From assembly GCA_016926735.1 (NCBI GenBank), contig JAFGOA010000200.1:1-17956 (forward strand): 17,956 nucleotides of DNA, written 5' to 3'. Source of the DNA: Promethearchaeota archaeon (lineage in GTDB: Archaea > Asgardarchaeota > Lokiarchaeia > Sigyniarchaeales > SOKP01). A program made the translations under genes and the position numbers. The first letter of the stretch is position 1. Each line of letters opens with the position of its first letter. The notes beneath the pieces are model-generated. The model had not been told where the DNA came from, searched no databases, and was given only the letters and a program-made list of their open reading frames with translations. Below, in pieces: positions 7,625 to 16,226 of this stretch.

Positions 7625-8236
7625 TTAATCTATTTGGGAGTTTTTTCTTGCTTCCAAAAACATAAGTTCTAATTGAGTTATTGTATTTTTTAATGTATTA
7701 ATTTCTTTATTTTTCTCATCTAATTTCAAGAGTAGATCTTCATTTTTAGATTCTATTGTAGTAAGAAGATCTTTTTTAATTTGAAGTAGTGTGTTTAATT
7801 GTTTTTTTTCTTCATCAAAATGTTGTAATCTTATATTATTTTTGGATATTTTATATTGTAGGTCTTGGACCAAAGATTCTAAGAGATCAATTTTATTATT
7901 AGGTATCGATCCTTTTTCATTAATTCGATTTTCTCCATTTTCATATTTTCTTTTTAAAATAAAGAGTTCTTTCCTGAGAAAACTTAGACTATGTTTTAAT
8001 TCTTTAATCTTTAATTCTTTTTCCTTAACCAGTATATTAACTTTTGTATCGACTAATTTTTTGTATAAATGATGATTTATTTTATTATTAAGAATATCTT
8101 CTAACTCAAGAATATTATCCTCAAGAATTTCAATTCTATCAGCACAGTTATAGAGTTGTCTATTTTTTTCTTCAATTTCATATTTTAATTCTCTAACTTT
8201 TGAATTATGTAATTCTAAATTATGTATTTTTATCAC
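7625..8236 (-). CDS. Long coiled-coil protein (about 200 aa)
   Basis: K/E/L/N-rich with heptad-spaced L/I and almost no Pro/Gly except a central GSIPNN break. GTG start uncertain. Confidence 0.75.
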   Translation of the reverse strand: MIKIHNLELHNSKVRELKYEIEEKNRQLYNCADRIEILEDNILELEDILNNKINHHLYKKLVDTKVNILVKEKELKIKELKHSLSFLRKELFILKRKYENGENRINEKGSIPNNKIDLLESLVQDLQYKISKNNIRLQHFDEEKKQLNTLLQIKKDLLTTIESKNEDLLLKLDEKNKEINTLKNTITQLELMFLEARKNSQID

Positions 8237-8405
8237 CTAATGAATTAAAAATCCCAATAATAAATCATTGTTAATATATGGCTTTTATAATAATTAAATT
8301 TTATTATTTTTTCCCTAAAACTGAATTGTAAATAAAATATATAGGTATATAGTTAATATTGAGAATTAATCATCTTTATAGGATAAATACATTAAGAAAA
8401 ATTAC

Positions 8406-10427
8406 TTATATAATTTTAAAACCAAATTGATCAGTTTTAATTTTTATTTTGTTGATAATTTTTTGATCATTAATATTATAAAGTGTAAAAATATTGTTAT
8501 CTAATAGATTATAATACTCTTTTATGTGTTTTAATATATTCTCTTTTTTTAACTGTGAATTATCACTTAAAATATTATAGTCTGATATCAATTGAATTAT
8601 TTTTTTTATATTAAATATAATATTTTTATAAAGATCATCATCAGGATTAATTATGGGTATCGGAAGTGATTTTATTGCTTTTTGAGTAAAATGTGGTAGA
8701 ATTTGTTTGTCAGGATCTCCAAATTCTTTAAGATAATAATAGAAGATCAATCTAGACGCTAAAATTCCACAAAAATAATAAAGAGATAATTTTTTTATAG
8801 CTTTTTTTTTCTTAAAAATATATATTTGTTGATTTGTAATTAAAAAATCCGTATAAACCATAAGATATAAATTAAGATTTGTTGATACTTTTCTAATCAA
8901 TATTTTTTCTCCATAATATAAAAAATCTTTTCCCCATTTGATATCTGAGAAATTTAATTTAGGAATCTCATTTTGAGAACCTTTTTTTATAAAATTATAA
9001 TATCTGAAAGCTCTTGGTTTTCTATTAAAATAGAGCTTATGCAGATCTTCACCAATATAACCTGGAGCATTAAATCCTTTTTGGGGAAAATCTTGTTCTG
9101 AAATTAAATTTATTGATTCATAATTTGAGATTAAATTTTTATTGAATTCGTAATCACAATCAGTGGTTCTACATTTCTTTTTTTTTATTCTACCAGAGTG
9201 CCCTTTTCCAAACGGAGAATTTAAAAGTTTACATTTTGGGCATATAATATAGTTTCCTTTACGATTGGTATCCATTCCTCTCCCACTAATAAAATAGTCA
9301 CTCAAAGGTTTAAAATTATTATTTTTTATAATATTTTTAATTTTTATATCAAATTGGTCAGAAAAGATATCAAACCTATAACAAATATTATGAATAAAAT
9401 CAATTTGATTTCTAAGTAAAAAATTATTTTTAACAATTTTTTTCAAAGGAAATTTATTATCTTTTAGGAGAGTTTTATCTCTTTGCTTTAATCCGCTGAA
9501 TATTTTCATTTGATGATTTTGATCAATGCTAATAGATGATTTTCTGAGTAAAAATATTAAAGATGGTTTTTGGGCATTTTGGAAGATATTAAAACCTAAA
9601 TTAATTAATTCTAAGATTTGAAATTTCAATATATATTCTCTGAGAGATTTATTAATATCAGATAAACAAAGTTCATTTGGAACTACATATCCAATGATTC
9701 CATCTTTCTTTAGTAAATTTTTAATATTAAAATAGAGAAATACTGAAGAGGAATCAAATTGACCTTTTAAAATATGATTATAATTATTCCTTATATATTC
9801 CTTATATTGTTTTATTTCCGCACCCCAAGGAGGATTTCCAATTATGATATCAAAACCTCCACTATCAATTACTATATTAAAGTTAGTTTTCCAAAAGAAT
9901 GATCTTTTGTCGATATCCTTATTTGAAACAATACTATTTCCAACTTTAAAATTATTAAATACTTTAAAATATTCGCAATTATTAATATTGAGAATATCTC
10001 TTATCTTTATTTTTATTTGATTTATGTTTTGTTGATTTATATCTACACCATAAAGGTTATTTTTTATTATATCATATTTTATTTCTGAATTTAACTTAAT
10101 TTTTTGTAATTGAGCTATTTTTCTGTATATATCCATCAGAAGGTCATAAAATGTAAATATAAATGCTCCATCACCACAACTTGGATCTAAAATTTTCAAT
10201 TTTCTTAATCTTTGATAAAGAACGTTCAGATCATTTTTATAATAGCCTAAAAGCTGATGAATTGAGTCGAACTTATTATTATCTGTTAATGAGTAGATTA
10301 TCGATTTTTTACAAATGTATTTAGTAATAAAAAGAGGTGTAAAATAAATTCCTTCATCCTTTCTTTTTTCAATAGAAAATCTATAATTAGGATTTTCTCT
10401 TAAATATTCTTTGGATATAAATTTCAT
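8406..10427 (-). CDS. N6-adenine DNA methyltransferase, gamma class (Eco57I/TaqI-like) with C-terminal target-recognition domain and zinc-ribbon insert
   Basis: Motif X GIYFTP, motif I ILDPSCGDGAF, NNLYGVDIN, motif IV GFDIIIGNPPW (9825-9836), LKKDGIIGYVVP, and a TaqI_C-like tail EKILIRKVS...GILASRLIFYYY...IKSLPIP. RBS-like aggtgtga lies upstream of the ATG. Confidence 0.92.
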   Translation of the reverse strand: MKFISKEYLRENPNYRFSIEKRKDEGIYFTPLFITKYICKKSIIYSLTDNNKFDSIHQLLGYYKNDLNVLYQRLRKLKILDPSCGDGAFIFTFYDLLMDIYRKIAQLQKIKLNSEIKYDIIKNNLYGVDINQQNINQIKIKIRDILNINNCEYFKVFNNFKVGNSIVSNKDIDKRSFFWKTNFNIVIDSGGFDIIIGNPPWGAEIKQYKEYIRNNYNHILKGQFDSSSVFLYFNIKNLLKKDGIIGYVVPNELCLSDINKSLREYILKFQILELINLGFNIFQNAQKPSLIFLLRKSSISIDQNHQMKIFSGLKQRDKTLLKDNKFPLKKIVKNNFLLRNQIDFIHNICYRFDIFSDQFDIKIKNIIKNNNFKPLSDYFISGRGMDTNRKGNYIICPKCKLLNSPFGKGHSGRIKKKKCRTTDCDYEFNKNLISNYESINLISEQDFPQKGFNAPGYIGEDLHKLYFNRKPRAFRYYNFIKKGSQNEIPKLNFSDIKWGKDFLYYGEKILIRKVSTNLNLYLMVYTDFLITNQQIYIFKKKKAIKKLSLYYFCGILASRLIFYYYLKEFGDPDKQILPHFTQKAIKSLPIPIINPDDDLYKNIIFNIKKIIQLISDYNILSDNSQLKKENILKHIKEYYNLLDNNIFTLYNINDQKIINKIKIKTDQFGFKII

Positions 10428-10717
10428 AAAAAAATCTCACACCTAATTTCTTTTTCTTTATTTTTAACAATAAATTCAAAATTTAACTGGTTATTAAGTT
10501 ATTATTATCTTTTTTTTATTTTTACTTTTCTTTTACAACATAAAGATTAAAGTGTAAAACTTTTAAATAAAAAATCAATATCTTTTTAGCATACCGACAA
10601 AAATAAATCATCTATTTACCAAAAAGGTTAAAAGAGTGAAATTCTTAACCTAAATTAAATTATTAAGTTGTTATTAATATAATTTTAATTAGTATACAAG
10701 AAGTATTAATAATAAGA

Positions 10718-10734
10718 GTGTTAGATATTAACAC
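10718..10734. promoter_or_regulatory. Palindrome GTGTTA-N5-TAACAC, candidate operator in the divergent MTase/ATPase promoter region
   Basis: gtgtta at 10718-10723 and taacac at 10729-10734, about 80 bp upstream of the 10813 ATG. Confidence 0.35.
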
Positions 10735-10812
10735 ATTTGATTAGAAATATAAACAATTTGAGGCAATTAAAAAAATAAGCCTTGCTTAAAAATTAAAGGG
10801 GAATCATTTCTT

Positions 10813-12915
10813 ATGAGAATTAGATTAACTGATTTCAGAATTAGAAATTTTCGTTGTATTGATGATAGTGGTTGGATAAGAGTTGGAGATATCACCGCTC
10901 TTGTAGGAGTTAACGAAGCAGGTAAAACAGCACTTTTAAATGGCCTTCATACCTTAAATCCTGGAAGTGGTGAAATTGAATTTGAAAAAATGAAAGATTT
11001 TCCAAGAGATAGGGTGACCGAAGAATATAATGAAAATTGTACAATAGCAAAAGGTCGCTTTATAGTTCCTCCTGACTATTTAAAAGAAAAGAAATTAATT
11101 GAAAAGTTCAATCTAAATCCGGACACAAACTTAATACTTTTATTAGAAAGAAGATATAACAAAATTTTATACTATGGATTTGAACCAAAACTTGAAAATA
11201 AAGATTTTATTCAAGATCTCCTGGAAATTTTAACAAATTCAAGAAAATTAATAAATAGAAAGCAAACTGGAAAAGATAAATCTGATGAGGGAAATGTTTT
11301 TACTAAAGAAATTCAAAAATCAATTTTAACAAATATAGATGCACTACGAAAACAAATTGAAGATCTTAATGAAGTAAAAACAAATCTGACGGGTCCAAAT
11401 GAGCGCGAAGATTTAGCAGAGCTCTTTGATTCTCATGTAAGAGATATGGCTCAATTCGCAAATACTGCTTCCGAAGAAATAAATCCTTTATTAGACATTC
11501 TTGAAGATATAGCAGATAAAATGCGTCAGAAGAGTCTCTCACATCAACTATATGAAGAAATTAAGGACGATATTCCAATATTCATATATTTTGAGGATTA
11601 TTATATCTTAAATGGTAGTGTTGTTATACCAGATTTAATTAAAGCTATCAATGGAGACCTTCGATATCGTGAATTTAGAATTCAAAATACTTTATTCAAA
11701 CATGTAGGGTTAGATCCTAAAGAGATTTATGATTTAGGTGTCCATGGAATATTTGATGGAATAACAAAAGAGAAACAAGCAGATCTAAAAACGAGAAAAA
11801 TTTTACTTGATTCTGCATCAAAAAAAATGACAGATACTCTGAATAAATATTTTCAAGAAAGAAGTTATCAGGTGGAATATAATGTAGATGGTCAATTTCT
11901 TGAAGTACTTATTGCAGATGAGGATAGACGTATTAAAATTAATTTAGAAGAAAGAAGTAAAGGATTTAGATGGTATTTCTCGTTTTTTCTAACCTTTTTA
12001 GTAGAATCTCAAGATGCTCATAAAAATGCTGTCTTACTACTTGATGAACCTGGAATTCATCTTCATTTACAAGCACAATTTAATCTTATTGAATTTTTTA
12101 AGAAATTGAAAGATTCAAATCAAGTTATATATACAACTCATTCTCCTTTTTTAATTGATGAAGAAAATCTTAGTGAAGTGAGATCAGTATATGAAAATGG
12201 GGAAGGAAAAACAAAAGTAACTGAAGATAATCTTATTCCCAAACAAAAATCAGTTTTTCCCTTACAAGCAACATTAAGCTATAAGACTAGTCAAAAAATA
12301 CTAAAAGAACAAAAACAAATTCTTGTAGAAAATGAATCCGACTATAACTATATTAATGTAATCAATCTTTTAATGGAAAAACTAAATCGGGAGACTCTAA
12401 ATAGAGAAATAATGATCATACCATGCAAAGGATCTTCAAAGATAGAATATTTTGCTAGATTATTTGTTGATTTAAACAATTTCCCTATAGTGTTACTCCA
12501 TTCTGATGAAAATGGCCAAAAAGCATATGATAGACTAATAAAAACTTTATTTATTGATAAGAAAGATAAGTTAATGCTATTAGGTAATATTTTTAATCAC
12601 AAACAAGAATACGAGGTCGAGGATCTATTTAGAAAAGAGACTCTTATTAAATGTATGAATGATGTTGAATTAACTTCACCTCTAATCCCTGCCTCAAAAA
12701 TTGATAATAATGATCAAACATTTAGTAATTCACTAGTCGAATATTGTAATCAAAACCAAATAAAGTTACCAATTGATTGGAGATATCAGCTATCAATGAA
12801 TCTAAAGAATGAAATAAAGAATATGAATATTGATGATATCATAAAATATGTATCGTTAGAGACAATTAATGATTTAGAAAAACTCATAAAACAAATTAAT
12901 TTGAGAATAATGTAA
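10813..12915 (+). CDS. OLD-family-like ABC ATPase (AAA_15/AAA_21 type) fused to a C-terminal TOPRIM-like domain
   Basis: N-terminal IRNFRCI, Walker A LVGVNEAGKT, helical insert, signature-like ERSKGFR, Walker B LLLDEPGIHLH and H-loop YTTHSP. TOPRIM-like ILVENESD, IIPCKG, VLLHSD and EVEDL. Confidence 0.88.
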   Translation: MRIRLTDFRIRNFRCIDDSGWIRVGDITALVGVNEAGKTALLNGLHTLNPGSGEIEFEKMKDFPRDRVTEEYNENCTIAKGRFIVPPDYLKEKKLIEKFNLNPDTNLILLLERRYNKILYYGFEPKLENKDFIQDLLEILTNSRKLINRKQTGKDKSDEGNVFTKEIQKSILTNIDALRKQIEDLNEVKTNLTGPNEREDLAELFDSHVRDMAQFANTASEEINPLLDILEDIADKMRQKSLSHQLYEEIKDDIPIFIYFEDYYILNGSVVIPDLIKAINGDLRYREFRIQNTLFKHVGLDPKEIYDLGVHGIFDGITKEKQADLKTRKILLDSASKKMTDTLNKYFQERSYQVEYNVDGQFLEVLIADEDRRIKINLEERSKGFRWYFSFFLTFLVESQDAHKNAVLLLDEPGIHLHLQAQFNLIEFFKKLKDSNQVIYTTHSPFLIDEENLSEVRSVYENGEGKTKVTEDNLIPKQKSVFPLQATLSYKTSQKILKEQKQILVENESDYNYINVINLLMEKLNRETLNREIMIIPCKGSSKIEYFARLFVDLNNFPIVLLHSDENGQKAYDRLIKTLFIDKKDKLMLLGNIFNHKQEYEVEDLFRKETLIKCMNDVELTSPLIPASKIDNNDQTFSNSLVEYCNQNQIKLPIDWRYQLSMNLKNEIKNMNIDDIIKYVSLETINDLEKLIKQINLRIM

Positions 12916-12932
12916 TATCTTAAAAATATTTT

Positions 12933-13712
12933 TTAATCTAATTCCTCTAATATTTCTCTTCTCACAGAATTAAAAGCTTGATTAGTCCGATCTCTTGGAC
13001 GATCTAAATTAATATCAATAATCTTTTTAATTGTTCCAGGTAGAGATGAAAGAACTATAATTCGATCTGAAATGTATACCGCTTCATCAATATTATGAGT
13101 AACAAAAATTATAGTTCTTTTTGACATTTTCCAAATATTAATAATATCATCTTGTAATTTATTTCTATTTTGAGCATCAATAGATCTTAACGGTTCATCT
13201 AATAAAATAAGTTTTTGATCAATCGCTAAAGACCTCGCTATAGCTACTTTCTGTCTCATTCCTCCTGAAATATCTTTTGGATAATAATCTTTAAATTTTG
13301 ATAGATTCATCATATCTAATAAAGAATTAATTTTATTCTCAATTTCATCCGGTTTATAATTTTTAATTTTTAAACCGAATTTTATATTATTTTTTAGAGA
13401 TTTCCAAGGAAATAATGAATATTCTTGAGGTACATATCCTATAAGGCTTGATGCTTTTGTTATTATTTGCCCGTCAAAGAAAATCTTTCCTGAAGATGGT
13501 TTTAATAATCCAGAGATGATTCTTAATAGCGTAGTTTTTCCACATCCACTTGGTCCTACAATAGTAAGAAATTCATTCTCAAATACATCAAAAGATATAT
13601 TATTGAGAACACATAATTTTTCTTCATTATTATCAAAAGTCTTTGATAAATTAGTTACTTTTAATTTAATGTTTGAGATAAGTATCCCTCCAATTGAATT
13701 TATATTTTTCAA
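12933..13712 (-). CDS. ABC transporter ATP-binding protein, nitrate/sulfonate/taurine (NrtD/SsuB/TauB) type
   Basis: GPSGCGKTT, Q-loop YVPQEYSLFPW, ISGGMRQKVAIAR, LLDEP, FVTHNIDEA and family tail LDRPRDR. The true start may lie downstream of 13712. Confidence 0.95.
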   Translation of the reverse strand: MKNINSIGGILISNIKLKVTNLSKTFDNNEEKLCVLNNISFDVFENEFLTIVGPSGCGKTTLLRIISGLLKPSSGKIFFDGQIITKASSLIGYVPQEYSLFPWKSLKNNIKFGLKIKNYKPDEIENKINSLLDMMNLSKFKDYYPKDISGGMRQKVAIARSLAIDQKLILLDEPLRSIDAQNRNKLQDDIINIWKMSKRTIIFVTHNIDEAVYISDRIIVLSSLPGTIKKIIDINLDRPRDRTNQAFNSVRREILEELD

Positions 13713-14475
13713 TTAATTTAATAGAAGAATTTAATCCATATCCAATAATACCAGTAAGAAGTATTACAACTATGCTCAAACTATAATCACCCATATCTGC
13801 TGAAAACTTTATTAAATATCCTAACCCTAAAGGCTCATTTAATCCAATTAATTCCGCTGCAATTAAACACATCCATCCAACACCTAAACCAATCCTTATA
13901 CCTACAAATATTGATGGTAAACTTGAGGGTAATACTACATGAAGGATTATATCCGAACGATTGGATCCAAGTGTTTTTGCAACATCTATATGTATTGGAG
14001 ATATATTCTGAATTCCATCGAGAGTATTAGTCAGGATTGGAAAAAATGCACCGATAAAAATTATAATCGATTGTGACACTAATCCAATACCAGAAAGAGC
14101 TATAACAAAAGGAATCCATGCAAAAGGAGGTATTGGACGGAAAATCTCAATTATAGGAGATAATATTATTTTAATTTTTTTAGACAATCCCATTAATATA
14201 CCTAGACTCAATGCAATTACTAGTGCGAAATAAAATCCCACTAAAACCCTTATTAAACTTGCGAATATATGATCAAAAAGGTTGTATCCAAAATTATCAC
14301 CTTCTATTAGGATCTTGATAAAAGCAGATCCTACTTCTATAGGATTAGGAATAACATTTGATGGTATTATTATTGTAAGGATGTACCATATGATTAGAAC
14401 ACATAATATTATTAAAAATGATATAAAATAATGAAAATATTTGGTTTTTCTCATATAATCTTTCACATTAAGCAT
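13666..14475 (-). CDS. ABC transporter permease, SsuC/TauC/NrtB type
   Basis: Multiple TM helices, RPIPPFAWIP, EAA-like loop IDVAKTLGSNRSDIILHVVLPSSLP, LIAAELIG and GLGYLI. Alternative ATG at 14454 follows a gtga RBS-like site. Confidence 0.95.
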   Translation of the reverse strand: MLNVKDYMRKTKYFHYFISFLIILCVLIIWYILTIIIPSNVIPNPIEVGSAFIKILIEGDNFGYNLFDHIFASLIRVLVGFYFALVIALSLGILMGLSKKIKIILSPIIEIFRPIPPFAWIPFVIALSGIGLVSQSIIIFIGAFFPILTNTLDGIQNISPIHIDVAKTLGSNRSDIILHVVLPSSLPSIFVGIRIGLGVGWMCLIAAELIGLNEPLGLGYLIKFSADMGDYSLSIVVILLTGIIGYGLNSSIKLIEKYKFNWRDTYLKH

Positions 14476-15481
14476 TTATAAATGAAGTATTAAAAAATTT
14501 CTGATAAAAATCAACATATCCAGCTGTCCAATTATTAATACTATTATTTAATGATGTTAATTTAGTATAAAAGGTTTCAATTTCAGTTTGGTATAGAGTA
14601 AAATTATATATATATCCCACATTATCCAAAGCATTTTCAATAATAGTTGTTGAGGAGATACCTGTATATTTTTTAGCAATACTAATAAGAGCATCGTGAT
14701 TTGAAATATTTGCCATCCATTCTAATGCTCTTATATGGATTTTAACTGTTTTATTAACATCTTCGTAATTTTCCTCAATAAAAGTATTAGAAGCAGCTAA
14801 AATGCAGCATGGATGATTTGGCCAGATTTCAGAACTTTTTGCTAAATAATTTGCACCACTATTCACAGCTTTAGCATTATATGGTTCCCAAGCTACAAAT
14901 GCATCTATACTACCACCATTCAGTGCATTTTCCATATTACCAACAGATAAAGTTGTTCTATCTACATCTAATAAATCTATACCAGAATTATATAGTGCAA
15001 TTTGTAAAATAAAATCTTGCATATTATTAAGTGAAGGTACTGCAATATTCTTACCATTTAATCCTGAGATGCTATTAATTCCAGAATCATTTCGTACCAT
15101 TATTGCACTCCCATTTACATTTACGCCACTTACTACTTGTATAGAAGCATTTAAGGTTAATTTATGAGCCATTGCTGGAGCGAGACCTAAATATGCTATA
15201 TCTAATCTCCCGGATTCAAATGCTGTCATTACTTTATTTCCATCAGAAAACCAATAGATATCCTTCATTGAAATATCTATTCCTTCATCTTGAAAATAAT
15301 TATTTTCTAAGGCAACAAAAAGTGGTAAATGATGTAAATCTCCAGAAAGTGCACCTATCCTTATACTAGGTGTAGAAGATAATTGATATAAATACACTCC
15401 AAGAAATACTCCAAATGATGCTACTGTGATTATACCAATTAATAATCCTAATTTTAATTTTGAAGATAAATTAATTCTCAT
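14468..15481 (-). CDS. ABC transporter substrate-binding protein, NrtA/CmpA/SsuA/NMT1-like, with N-terminal TM anchor
   Basis: N-terminal TM helix, IRIGAL, LPLFVALENNYFQDEGI, SGRLDIAY, LNGKNIAVP, IDAFVAWEPY and WPNHPCC. First gene of an overlapping three-gene operon. Confidence 0.93.
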   Translation of the reverse strand: MRINLSSKLKLGLLIGIITVASFGVFLGVYLYQLSSTPSIRIGALSGDLHHLPLFVALENNYFQDEGIDISMKDIYWFSDGNKVMTAFESGRLDIAYLGLAPAMAHKLTLNASIQVVSGVNVNGSAIMVRNDSGINSISGLNGKNIAVPSLNNMQDFILQIALYNSGIDLLDVDRTTLSVGNMENALNGGSIDAFVAWEPYNAKAVNSGANYLAKSSEIWPNHPCCILAASNTFIEENYEDVNKTVKIHIRALEWMANISNHDALISIAKKYTGISSTTIIENALDNVGYIYNFTLYQTEIETFYTKLTSLNNSINNWTAGYVDFYQKFFNTSFINA

Positions 15482-15516
15482 CTAATAATTATATAGTAAA
15501 AATATATATTAATAAT

Positions 15517-15586
15517 TTACATTATTTTATATAGAAATGTCATAAAAGTTAAGTTATAATGTGACTAAAACAAAGAAGAATTACAT
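15517..15586. promoter_or_regulatory. Four phased TNACAT boxes, candidate operator array for the adjacent RHH regulator
   Basis: ttacat 15517-15522, atgtca 15537-15542, atgtga 15559-15564 and ttacat 15581-15586; spacing 20/22/22 bp in the 139-bp divergent gap. Confidence 0.4.
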
Positions 15587-15620
15587 AATAAATTATTTTA
15601 TCATCATATTCCAATAAATC

Positions 15621-16205
15621 ATGTCTATTCAGGAAAAAAAAATAAAAAAATCTGTTCATGCTACAATATCTAATGAATCAGTAGATATTATCCAAAAGTA
15701 TGAAAAAGAATATGGTTCAAGATCTGCTGTAGTAGATGAAGCTTTAAAAATTCTAAAAATATATAGAGAACCCCATAATAGTGAGATAAAGGATTTATGG
15801 TGTCGAGCAAGAGATGAGCTAAATATGGTTTTAGTGGGGAAAACAACTTTTCTTTCATATTTAAAAGGGAATCTTCAAGAAGTATTTAAAAATAATATTG
15901 CTCTTGAAGTGATTGAATGGTATATTGGGAAAAGGAAAGAAGAAATGAATTTAGAGGAATTTCTTAATGGATTAATTGGTATGTGGCAGGTCGCCAATTA
16001 TTTTTATAATATAGAATTAGATAAAAATAAAGATGGTGTTTTTCAGATTAAGTTCAAACATGATTTAACACGAGATTATAGTGAATATTGGTCAGATTAT
16101 TTTAAAAATTTGCTTGAAAAGAATTGGAGTTGCCTTGTTGAGCCTTTTGTTAGAAATGAATCTTTTTATTTAATAATATCAGAAAATTCAAAAAGAATAA
16201 AATAA
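15621..16205 (+). CDS. Putative transcriptional regulator: N-terminal ribbon-helix-helix plus C-terminal alpha/beta domain (possible ligand binding)
   Basis: KKSVHATISNESVDIIQKYEKEYGSRSAVVDEALK fits the RHH strand-helix-G-SRS-helix pattern. Transcribed divergently from the ABC operon. Confidence 0.7.
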   Translation: MSIQEKKIKKSVHATISNESVDIIQKYEKEYGSRSAVVDEALKILKIYREPHNSEIKDLWCRARDELNMVLVGKTTFLSYLKGNLQEVFKNNIALEVIEWYIGKRKEEMNLEEFLNGLIGMWQVANYFYNIELDKNKDGVFQIKFKHDLTRDYSEYWSDYFKNLLEKNWSCLVEPFVRNESFYLIISENSKRIK

Positions 16206-16226
16206 AAAGAAAAAAAGAAATGTATT

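Noticed and set aside
7791-8072. 93-aa plus-strand ORF in the track
   Set aside because: Entirely antisense to the coiled-coil gene. Its F/S/L-rich composition is the expected shadow of K/E-rich codons.
10531-10611. 26-codon minus-strand ORF (MIYFCRYAKK...) in the MTase/ATPase gap, considered as a controller peptide
   Set aside because: No HTH or other motif, and the composition is typical of translated AT-rich non-coding DNA.
8406-12915. Assignment to Gabija, PARIS, Septu, retron, BREX or a complete type IIG R-M system
   Set aside because: Required partners (UvrD helicase, separate AriB, HNH, reverse transcriptase, Brx/Pgl genes, fused REase domain) are not in the window.
13516-13716. 66-aa plus-strand ORF
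   Set aside because: Antisense shadow of the ABC ATPase Walker A region (FPHPLGP mirrors GPSGCGK).
15172-15369. 65-aa plus-strand ORF
   Set aside because: Lies antisense within the well-supported substrate-binding protein gene and has no motif.
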